From positions 23,994,001 through 24,058,000 of the forward strand of contig CM022673.1 in assembly GCA_012295275.1 (NCBI GenBank): 64,000 bases of DNA. The letters run 5' to 3'. Of the stretch, positions 52,911-64,000 are shown in pieces. Positions within the stretch are counted from its first letter, which is position 1, and each line of letters starts with the position of its first letter. Below the pieces are notes generated by a model that made no database searches, was not told the DNA's origin, and was given only the letters and a program-made list of their open reading frames with translations. The position numbers were made by a program, and so were the translations under genes. Origin of the DNA: Chrysomallon squamiferum (lineage: Eukaryota; Animalia; Mollusca).

Positions 52911-55737
52911 AGATACCAGCTTTAAAACAAACAAATTCTTGATGCTAACTGAAAGCCAAAGTTGACAAAAAGAGATCAATATGAGAACTGGATGACTCAT
53001 GCTGTACAAATCAATAGTTTACTTGATTACATCATACACAAGACAAGTCAAAAATACTCTCTCAGTCTCATTGGTCAGAACACCTTTCTGAGAAATCATT
53101 TAATTCTCTACACTTAGCAGTATTCACCAGAATCTTCAGTAATTATCAGTTTACTGACCTTTTTTTTTTTTTTATTTTATTTTTTATTTATTTTTTAAAA
53201 ATTTTATATGCTTAATTTTATTTAAAAAAAAAAAAAAAAATAATTTAAAAACAAAAGATTTTTTTTTGCTTCTTTTTTTTTTTTTTTTTTAAATTAAATT
53301 AATATGGTTAAACTTTGATTTTATGTTTACTTATCATTTTAAAAAATACATAAAAATTACTTTAGATTTAATTATCCCTTTTCAAGCCCTTTGTCTAATT
53401 CATTCAAATTACTGTATTGTTTGTGAAATGATTGAGTTGGCTTGACCAAGTTTTATTAATAATCAGTGTCTTAATTTGTGTCTACGCGTGTTTTATATAA
53501 CACTATAATTGCATTATACTAGATAAAATATTACTTACATCATTGTACCATTTTTTTCTCTCCCTGCTTATTTATTAACAAATGTGTATAAAGATTCTTA
53601 TTATTATTGCTACTACTACTGCTACTACTATTAGTAACTACTACTGATGTTATTGTTGTTTAAATACCATTTATTATTATTATATAACATAGGTCAAAAA
53701 AAAAAAAAAAATTAAGTTTTTTGTATGTAAAAGGTGTAACATTTTCCGTTTGTGAACTATGCACTGTAAAACTTCAAGTAAGGATGTACACTGTACAGTA
53801 ACATTGTTGTTCACAATGTGATACACTGTTCAACATACTGTTAACATGTATTCAATAGTTTAACAAGTCTTAACAATGTTATATTGTTTGTTAAAGGTTT
53901 ACAACTGAAAGTGGTCTTGATAGCTATCATTTCATTTATTTTTGTGTTTTCTTAATTTTTTTTTCTTTTTTTTGGATGTTTAATGTAACCTTTTCTGTAC
54001 TGGGTAGGTTTTAAATAAGTGGCTGCTTTGAGACTTATTGCCCATAACCAGTACCATAGACATTTTCTGTGTTTTTTTGTTTTTTTTCACAGTAACGCCA
54101 AAATGCCAATAAAGTAAATTATAAATTTATTGTTTGCTTTTATTTGTTTTTATTTAATTCCTTATCTATTGCAAAGAAAACAGAAACAACAACAATAATA
54201 ATAATAACAGTATTTCAGGACATCTCTGTATATTCCACTAAATTTCACTACATCTGTTATTTTAATTAATCTCATTGAAGGAAAAACAGTGTTTTGTTCA
54301 TTCTGTATTAACAAGCTTGAACTCATTTTCAGGAAATGTTAACTAACAAGGTGATATTTTTATCATTTTAAACAAAAATCATACCAGAAGGTTTGAAAAT
54401 TTAAAAAATTTTAGAAATATAGTACGAAACCCAAAGTACAAGGAGACAGTTTTATTTATGGAGTACATTAGATACATAAAATGTTTTACATCAACTTCTG
54501 TTATTAAAAACAATTTGAGCAATATTTATAAACCATATTTATTATTAATAACTTATCCATGGACATCGTTATTTTCCCTAATGGTTGAAAAACCAGTATT
54601 TTCAGAAAATATTAAATCTTCATAAACCTTCACACTTCTTGCAAATGAAATTTTATAAATTAAATAGGAGTAAAATAAAGAAATTACAGTCAAACTTAAT
54701 ATTTTCCTCTTTGAAATAAATCTTAAATTTCAAATAAAAATAATGTTTAATCAGTAACAATAATTCATATTTCCATCAGGACTTGTTAAATATTTTTAAA
54801 ATGTAATAGAATCTGTATACAAATTGTTATACCTGTTTATTGGAATTTGTAGCATTATTTTCCTGTGTATAAAATTTTTATCTTTGATATTCTCTAATAA
54901 ACTTATTTACACTTCTTAGTATATAATTAATATAATTCTGTTTTCAGATAAAATGAACTGTATTTTTAATTTATTTTACTGGTTCAAATTTCAGGTAATT
55001 TTTAATCTGCTTAGAACATTACACATTTTTATTTAAATATAAATTAATAAAATGCATCTATACAATAATTTACAAAACAGTGTGTTTTTTTCTTCTGAAA
55101 ATAAATATGGACTGAAGCATTTTGACTTGAGATATGTATGGAGATCTGATTTCAAATAGTTTCTTATTGTAATATGATCTTATAAAATAAGTTTTGTAAA
55201 AATGAGACTAAATTCATTACTGAATGTGACATATGTACAATAAAAAGTCTTCAGAGAATAAATAAATTTTTACATATTTCACAATATACACATCATATCT
55301 GTCTCTTTCTGTAAGGCAAAGATTCATGGACTTGGACACTAAAATAAAATAAAAAATTAAAAATGAGAAACCTTATTAAATACCAGGTTTATATATATCA
55401 CTGTATTTAAACAAAAAATAGAAAAAAAAAATAATTATTATTATAATGATGCATAACATATCAAATACAAATGGAAACATGCATGGATGCACACACATAT
55501 TAAATGAAATATTCAAATTAGTTTTAATTGTAAATGTATTTAAAATTACATGTTTACTGGTATTATTAGTTAGACTTGGAAAAAGTATATAAAAACCTAT
55601 TGTTACTGGACAAAGATAATGATACTGATTGTTTCATCTTAAATTTTTTGGGTGGAAACTGAACTGTTTTATATATAAAAACACCAAAAAAAATAACAGT
55701 AGAACAATATAAAAAGGATTAGAGTTTCACCTGGAAA

Positions 55738-58700
55738 CTAAAGGGTCAGGAATTTGGGCAGACTGTATTTTTGTATAGCTGTTTTGTCGACGTTTCGTTC
55801 AGAAGACAGCAGTTCATTGATGCGTTCTCTTGGCATGCTGTCCACAGACACATGTTTACCACTGAAAACCTGAAACACAAACCACAAAATTCATACATTT
55901 ACAAATTGAAAAATAATAATAAAGCATTCAGAGGGTTTCCAATGTTTAAATTAAGACATTTACAAGTGAAAACAAACAACAAAATTCAGATAAACTAAAG
56001 TAAAGTAAAATGAAATTCTCACATATATCTTACTTGTTTATCTGGAAAAGCATAACAAAATGAAGAAAATTTACAGTGTTGTTGTTTTTTTGTTTTTTTA
56101 AATATATTACAAGGTAATGAACATTTTATTTTTTCTTAACATGTATTAAAAAGTTATGACAAATTAACTTACAGTGGTGTGAAGTCCAGGAATGTCAGTA
56201 TTGTGAAAATTATCTCTGAAAAAACCCAAATGAAAAAAATATATATACATTTTCTTAATACAGACACTGATCTGTGGTTTTACACGATATTTCAACATTT
56301 CAGTCCTGCAGGTGAAGGCTGAGATGTTCTGACATCTTAGAAATTAAATTTAATGCAAAAACAAAGAGATAAATAAAATAATCTTTATTTGAAAAAAAAA
56401 AAAAAAAAAAACAAACAACTTGACAATAACAAAAAAAGAATATATATACATATACATATTTATATAAATAATAATAATAATAATAATAATGATTACCGAA
56501 ATTAAATTTGTAACATGAAAATAAAATATATTTACAACATAATATTCATCATTTAAGGAATAAACTATCATTAACTTTGAAACCAAACCAGTTTTAAACC
56601 TTGCATAATAAATAAATAAATCCTACAGAGTAAAATGGAATAAGAGATAAAAGCAGATGTAATTTAAAACAGATTTATGTCATACTTACACTTCTCTGTA
56701 GTTTGTCTGAACTCGAGATGCATCAATGGAAATTTCCTGTCTCTCTTTAGCAGCCTGTTAAAACACAGGTAAACATTAACATGCATTGTGCAAGTGTTAA
56801 TATTTATTAACATACTCAAGCTTAGATATTAATATTTATAAACATGCCTAGTACAGATATTAATATTTATTAATATACTAAGCAGAGATATGAATATTTA
56901 TATTAATTAGCATACATATTACAGATATGAATATTTATATTTATTAACAAACTTATAAATTAATTTTTGAAATTATTAATATACTTAACAAACATTTCTA
57001 ATTTTCAATATATTTAATATAAATAAGACTATTTAGAATGATGATTATACTTGGGATAAATATTACCAATTATTAACATAAAAATTTGTAATTTATAATA
57101 TGCATAATATGAATATGAATATGAATATTTACAATGATTAATAAACTTACTAAAGATGTGTATATTCATAACTGCTAATAATTTTAATAAAAAACATGTA
57201 TATTTATAATTATTCATAAACATATTACAATGAACATGAATGTTTATAATTATTATTTTTCTTAATTCATATGTTACAGAGATGAAACAGTTTTACCTAG
57301 AAAGAATGAACTGACAGTTCAGTTAATGAAATTAAATAAACACATAACAATGCAATTTGCATTTATCAGCACTTAAAATACTTCACCACTTAGTGTCAAA
57401 ATAGACATACTTTTAGAACCCTGAAGTTTGAAGTTCTAGACACAAAGTCAGTGAAGTCAAGTAGAGCTTTCTCCTTCTGTCTGTGATTTTCTCGTATCTG
57501 AAAAATATGTAAAATATTATATAACAGCCCATTCTTAACAATTGTGATATATATATTTTTATTATTATTATTTTTTATATTATTACTATTATTTTTTTTT
57601 ATTTGTTGTTTTTATTATTATTATTATTTATATATAAATATTATTATTATTTTTTATTTATATTATTATCATTATTATCATTATTATTATTATTATTATT
57701 ATTATCATCATCATCATTATTATATTATTATGATTAATCATTATCACTGTTTTTAATTATTTACCTCTGCGTAAAACTCCTGTTCGTCCATCATGTCTTG
57801 GTGTTTCTGAGCCTCCAACAACTCAATCTGAGTTCCACCCACAATCTGAGCCCTCTCCTGAATAGCGTGAGAGATCGCCTCCATTGCTTCTAGATCGGGA
57901 GAAACTGGACGTACCTGCTCCACTTCTAACTCTTTGATTGTTTCTGTCCACACTTCACCAACCTTAATGTCCAGGTATCTCTCAATGAGGGCCAGTGTCA
58001 CGTGATCCTCAACATTCAGTCCAGGCAGCTCACTGAAGCCAGTCTTACAGAAAATGGCATAGATTTTGGCTCGCTTGTTCTCCAGTACATCAACAATCGC
58101 CTGACTTTTACACTTTGCAGGAAGGGGGATAACTCCCATTTCCTGCTGCATACGTCCCATCAGAGGGTATTTGGCATCTAGGAAAACAGTTTGTTAGTAA
58201 ACAAAAACGTAACTTTTCCAATAACATAATTAACAAAAAGTTTACAAATTCTTGTTTTTAAGGTAATTATTTCTGAATTCAATCCTGGAAGACCACTGCT
58301 TTATGATAAAAATAAAATTTAAAGAGTTATGTGTTTAATCTGGTGTTACTTGTAAATTTGCTCTGTTTGAGTATTTCAACACCCTCCAGTTTCTCTGTGA
58401 GTTATTATTAAAACTTCCATACCAACTAAGGAGCCATATTCATCTCTCCTTGCTCCTATTTCTTTCTCCTCGTTCCTCCAGATCTCACAGAAGAGGTGGA
58501 CGGCGGTGGAGTTGTCTTTGCCCTGCCAGGTGAGAACATGGCTGACAGTTTTGGAATTCTCACACAGATCAAGCAGACAACCGAGGATGACGTTATGCAT
58601 GTTTCTTGGACACACCTGAAAGAGACACTCAGAAACTTTACTAACAGTAGACTTATGTTGACCACAATCTAGACTTATTTCTTACTCTAGACCATAGGTT

Positions 58701-60773
58701 TTCAAACTGGGGGTCTTTTTTCTGGGGGTTGTGGGATTGTTCTTGAGCGAGGGTGTGTTTTAGCCTTTTTCAATTTGACTTGGAAGGAGCAATAAATAAA
58801 AACGTGTATACAGGTTTGGGACCCATCATAGTGAATATATATTTCTTTTGTACATGTTTTCTGAAAAACTTGGTATTTTGATAAAAATATTCAACATGGT
58901 AATTAAAAGACTTAGTAGGAGTTACCTCTAATAGATCTATTAGCAGGAAAACTCCTTCTCTCTCAAGGAAATAATCTTCAGTTATGTAGCATCCAACAAC
59001 AGCACACCTGCAGGAAAACAAAAGATAAATTAACTGGAAACACAAACCCAGTCATAAATAACTTTTAAAATTTAATTTTTAAATATTTAGATTTATCTAA
59101 ATAATTATGATCAAAAATATATATATAAATAAAAAAAATAAAAAAATTAAAAAAATTAAACAAATATAAAAATACTAAATATTTAAACATTAAACATTAA
59201 TAACTTTTATTATACACAATTACAGATTTATTCAGAGTGCTCTATAAATTTATTCAAAGTAACAAGAGTTATCTCACCATGCACAGTCAATGGCTGCCAG
59301 GAGGAGCCGGTGATGTCCCAGGCCACTGTTGAGAAGTTTGGTGTCCATTCTGAGATACTGTACAACAATGTCTACACCCTGGTTACCAAATAACTCCTGT
59401 ACAAATACACAAACACATTTACAACAATGTCTACACCCTGGTTACCAAATAACTCCTGTACAAATACACAAACACATTTACAACAATGTCTACACCATGG
59501 TTACCAAATAACTCCTGTACAAATACACAAACACATTTACAACAATGTCTACACCCTGGTTACCAAATAACTCCTGTACAAATACACAAACACATTTACA
59601 ACAATGTCAACACCCTGGTTACCAAATAACTCCTGTACAAATATACAAACACATTTACAACAATGTCTACACCCTGGTTATCAAATAACTCTTGTACAAA
59701 TATATAAATACATTTACTGCACAGTCTACACCGTGGTTACCAAATAACTCCTGTACAGATATATAAATAATTGTAATGAAGTGGCAAAATAAAACTGTAA
59801 AATTTGATTTGAAAAAACTGAATATATCTTTATAAGAAAGTAAAATAGCATATGACCAATCATAAAACTTTTAATGAAAACACATTTACAACAATGTCTA
59901 AAACAACTGTTGAAAATAATTTAAACAATCACTTTCAAACCATGTTTATAGAAACACAAAGTGTCTAAATGGTTAAAATAACTCCTGTAGAAATACAAAT
60001 GCTGTGTTATTTACAACATTGTCTAGGTTAAATTCTAACTTGTATCAAGTCTAAAACTTGCTGATTGATATAAACTGAGTCAAGTATGAACCAGTTCATG
60101 TTTTACAAAGACTTTAAATTGCAAACAAATGATCAACCACTTGCCTTTCTGTGCATGTCACCATCACACAGTGATGACAAAATAAACAAGATGTCTGACT
60201 GCATTTCAATGTCTACACTATCCTCCATTTTGCTTTCACCAAATGCTGTTGTCAAAATACCTGAAACAATAAATAATTAAATAAATAAATGAAATAAAAA
60301 ACACACTGGAAAAAAGAATAATAAACTATACTATGACAGCAACCTGTATTTCATTATATAAATTTGAAACTAATATAATTTTCTACTTTTTAACCATTTT
60401 AACATATTGTTGTTTCCTTGGATGTATGAGAATACTGATCATGAATATATTTTTTAAAAGCTTTGTTCTATTTTTTTTTATTTGTTATTTCTTCTGAAGT
60501 ACTAAAACGATATAAATTTATTTTGACACAGTTTTAAGATGACGTGTAAATACAAACAAGGTAAGTACCAATCAGCTGATTGATGGCCCCCTGGTCAGCG
60601 AGGTCCTGCAAGGCCATCATGTCATCAGTGGACACTATGCGCCTCATCAAACGTAGACAGTACCGCATCTGAGCTTTCTTACTGCCTCGCCCTCCACTGC
60701 CATGGAAACTGTTACCATGACCCTTGAATTTTGCTGTTTTTAAAAGAAACAAAAACATGAAAACAACTACAAA

Positions 60774-60828
<55 letters not shown>

Positions 60829-61167
60829 TATTATGAAATATTTGCAGTGTACAATGCACAAAAGTAGAAAACAAACCACAAAGTCACTTGTAAACAGACA
60901 ATAATGTTAACACATTAGTGTAATGAATTATTTAAATGTAAAATAGAAACAGTTGCATACTCATAGAGATAAATGATTGCAAATATACAGATGAATCTAC
61001 CTGCATTGAAATATAATATAAACTTATAGATGTAAAATATACATGGACTGACACACCACTCTGGAAGTAGTAGTATCAAGGTACTGACAGAAACACACAC
61101 ACACACACAGACACACACACTCATAAACTCACTCATACACACACAGACACACATACACACACACATT

Positions 61168-61226
<59 letters not shown>

Positions 61227-61339
61227 ACATACACACACAGACACACACACAACACCCACACATACACACACAAACTAATGTATATGACATACCTGGACTG
61301 ACAAACCACTCTAAAAGCAGGAGTATCCAGGTACTGACA

Positions 61340-61384
<45 letters not shown>

Positions 61385-61480
61385 ACATACACACACACAC
61401 AGACACACGCACAAACTAATGTATATAACATACCTGGACTGACACACCACTCTAGAAGCAGGAGTATCTGGGTACTGACA

Positions 61481-61545
<65 letters not shown>

Positions 61546-61671
61546 ATATGTATAACATACCTGGACTGACACACCACTCTAGAAGCAGGAGTATCTGGGT
61601 ACTGACAGTCACACACGCATATACCTGGACTGACACACCACTCTAGAAACAGGAGTATCCAGGTACTGACA

Positions 61672-61720
<49 letters not shown>

Positions 61721-63465
61721 AAACTAACATATATAACACACCTGGACTGACACACCACTCTAGAAGCAGGAGTATCCGGGTACTGCCCTGACAGATCATG
61801 TAGTCTTCCATCATGAGGGGACACAGGGTGCACAGACAGGAGATGGCATGCAGCTGGATCTCCTCGAACTGGGCGTGGGTCCAGTCCCTGGGCCCAGGGT
61901 TCTCGTCATTTGCTCTCACATAGGAAAACAGAGCCAGGAGCAGATGACCATCTGACAGAATCTGCAACAGGCAAGTAAGTAAATAAGTAAGTAGGTAAGT
62001 AAGTTAGTTAGTAAGTAAATAAAGTATATTATCTGTGTTAGAAATTAAGTAAAAATAAAAACTTTGATTAAGCATTATTTTTTTTCATGGTAAGAAATGT
62101 CTTCTTTACCAAATTTGCCATTTTGCATTGATTTAGTAACACTTTTTTTTTTATTATTTGTTTATTTATGTATTTTTTTCTTTGAAAGTATCTAACTTGT
62201 ATGATATAAATTATGTGTTAATTTGTGAGATAATTCTGTAAACAGTGTAAAAATACTTGTGTCTCACAGGAATCACAGAGCTGTCCTTGCTGAGGGCAAC
62301 AAGCAGACTAAAGAGAAGTTTCTTCATTTCAAAATCTTCATGGTTCGTAGACAGCTTTAAATGTTTTACCAGGATGTTGTGACTTTTCACTGAAACCAAA
62401 CACATTTATAATGATAATATACAATTTTTCCTACATTAGGATGCTATATACATTACATTTTTCCAATTACATGATGTTTGTATATTGGCCTTTTATTAAT
62501 TATTTGTCTTATTAATGAATATATACTAGCTATCAACTTAAAACATTTTAATATTAATAAATATAAAGTGACAGATATGTTTTTGGTTGTTTGTTTTTTT
62601 AATGTTCTCACCCAGGTTTGATAACAGAAAGGACACCTGATACTGAATGAAATTCCAGTGTAATAATTCCATCAACACACACGCATGCAAGCATGCACAC
62701 ACACAAACACACACACACACACACACACAAACAAACTGTTCTTTACAGAAGCAAATTACCATTGGGTCACAGCAAACTCCTAAGAGATGCTGTACAGATA
62801 CTTGAATAAAGTGACAATTTTACCAACATAAAATGTAGCAAATATTTAGTTACTGCTCCTCTCTGAGTTTACATCTACCAGTCAGAGTAATAAAATAAAC
62901 TTACCTTCCTGAAATGTGGCAAACACAACAAGCTGTTTGCTGAACCCAGTCTCAATGAATGGGGTGCCAGGACACTTGGCTGCTATCAGAGTGGCAATGA
63001 CAAGTAAGTCATTTCTCAGCTGTCTGTCATAGTGACTGAACCCCTGTCCCAGCTCAAACAGAAACGCATCTCGAATCTGACTGTACACATATAAATAAAT
63101 AAATAAATATACAAACAAACAAATCCATTGATTCATTCATTAACAAAGTTGTTAGTGATATTCAAAATACTACAAATACTTGATTATAATACATATTGGT
63201 TTATTGTTGTTAAATATGTCATAAGAATGATAATAATAATAGTGATAAATCTAAAACCATTATCTAATATTATATAAGTGATATTTTTAAGTTTCACTCT
63301 ACCTTTATTTTTTTTGTCTATGTTTTTAATTTAATATTATTATTATTATTATTAGTCTTATACTGCATTTAAAAATAAAAACAAATAAATAAATAAATAA
63401 ATAAATAAATAAATTACATAAGATAATTCCAGAACCTAAAATACTGTTTTCTGAGCAATAAAGCA

Positions 63466-63500
<35 letters not shown>

Positions 63501-63686
63501 AAAATCACCTAATACAGGTCATGTTGTTAAGCTGCTGAGCTAAGTGGGCTGTGTCTCCGTTTTCCATCAAGTTCCAGATGATATCCACGGATCTAAACAA
63601 AACTTCTCCAGTTGGATCTGGATCCATGAATCGACAACAGATGTGTTTGGCTCCATCAGCTCGTAACATCTGATCACAGTTTTTGG
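55738..63686 (-). CDS. CFAP69: Cilia- and flagella-associated protein 69 (ARM-like), 3' portion; 5' end lies beyond the window. Exons: 63686-63509, 63080-62905, 62389-62268, 61961-61742, 60733-60569, 60260-60145, 59396-59278, 59007-58926, 58615-58423, 58177-57765, 57497-57411, 56754-56690, 56215-56173, 55869-55738
   Basis: Motifs DPDPTGEVLFRSVDIIWNL, GFSHYDRQLRNDLLVI, EDFEMKKLLF, WTHAQFEEIQLHA, GHGNSFHGSGGRGSKKAQMRYCLR, HRKELFG..GVDI, EDYFLEREGVFLLIDLL and VGEVWTE match CFAP69 as recalled. Phases are consistent; TAG at 55740-55738. Confidence 0.92.
58693..58830. mobile_element. Possible degenerate hAT/Charlie-type MITE
   Basis: Left end CATAGGTTTTCAAACTGGGGGTC follows TCTAGA; a right-end-like GTTTGGGACCCAT lies at ~58814. 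Both resemble hAT-Charlie termini and target preference. No clean TSD. Confidence 0.35.
59362..59760 (-). repeat. 59-bp tandem repeat (~7 copies) spanning a CFAP69 3' splice site
   Basis: The unit contains the intron end ttgtacag plus the first ~35 nt of exon 59396-59278. Confidence 0.9.
61040..61785 (-). repeat. Compound repeat: five copies of a CFAP69 exon 3' end plus donor, separated by (GT)n tracts
   Basis: TACCYRGATACTCCTGCTTCTAGAGTGGTGTGTCAGTCCAG/gt recurs, ending at 61625, 61561, 61434, 61293 and 61043. Confidence 0.9.
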
Positions 63687-64000
63687 CTGATAAAGTAAAG
63701 TAAAACATATTTATATAAAATCAAATATCTTGAAAGAATATAATGGAAGAAATAAACAGGTTATTTCATATGTTTGTTATTTATTTATTTATTTTTTAAA
63801 CCACTGATTACTATTATAACTCAAAATCAAATATTGTATTAATGATTATCATTTCTTCTGATATTTTGGCCTAATCACCCCAAAAAAAGATGAACATATG
63901 AATTTGTTTTTGTTATTTAGCAAAATATTAAATCCAAAGAATGTAAGAAGAGCTTCTTAAAAAGTGCAAAAGAAAATTACGTGAATTTTTGGAAAATCTC

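Noticed and set aside
60915-61636. Poly-(VC) ORFs resembling cysteine-rich proteins
   Set aside because: Translations of (GT)n microsatellites and duplicated CFAP69 exon ends.

Overview
AT-rich, intron-rich animal genomic DNA, most likely a gastropod mollusc: the CREB1 N-terminus MSEGSG...SVVQVSIPNQ closely resembles Aplysia CREB1 as I recall it. Four spliced protein-coding genes were rebuilt by hand from splice sites and reading phase. (1) A GALNT1/13-like polypeptide GalNAc-transferase (+, 59-14234, ~579 aa). (2) CREB1 (-, coding 27542-23221, ~295 aa) with a CRE-rich promoter near 29580-29800. (3) A tastin/TROAP-like mitotic protein (+, 32583-49679, ~939 aa). (4) The 3' part of CFAP69 (-, 63686-55738). 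There is also a decayed LINE endonuclease fragment and many mini- and microsatellites. Highlights the ORF track does not show: CREB1 has two intact alternative terminal bZIP exons, one with a rewired basic region, and only the distal one is linked to a UTR with miR-124 sites. The GALNT has two mutually exclusive lectin-beta exons flanked by competing long-range RNA stems and Rbfox motifs. A candidate 24-nt CREB microexon sits at the CREB-alpha position. Several tandem repeats have amplified real splice sites. Gene identities come from motif recognition, not database searches.
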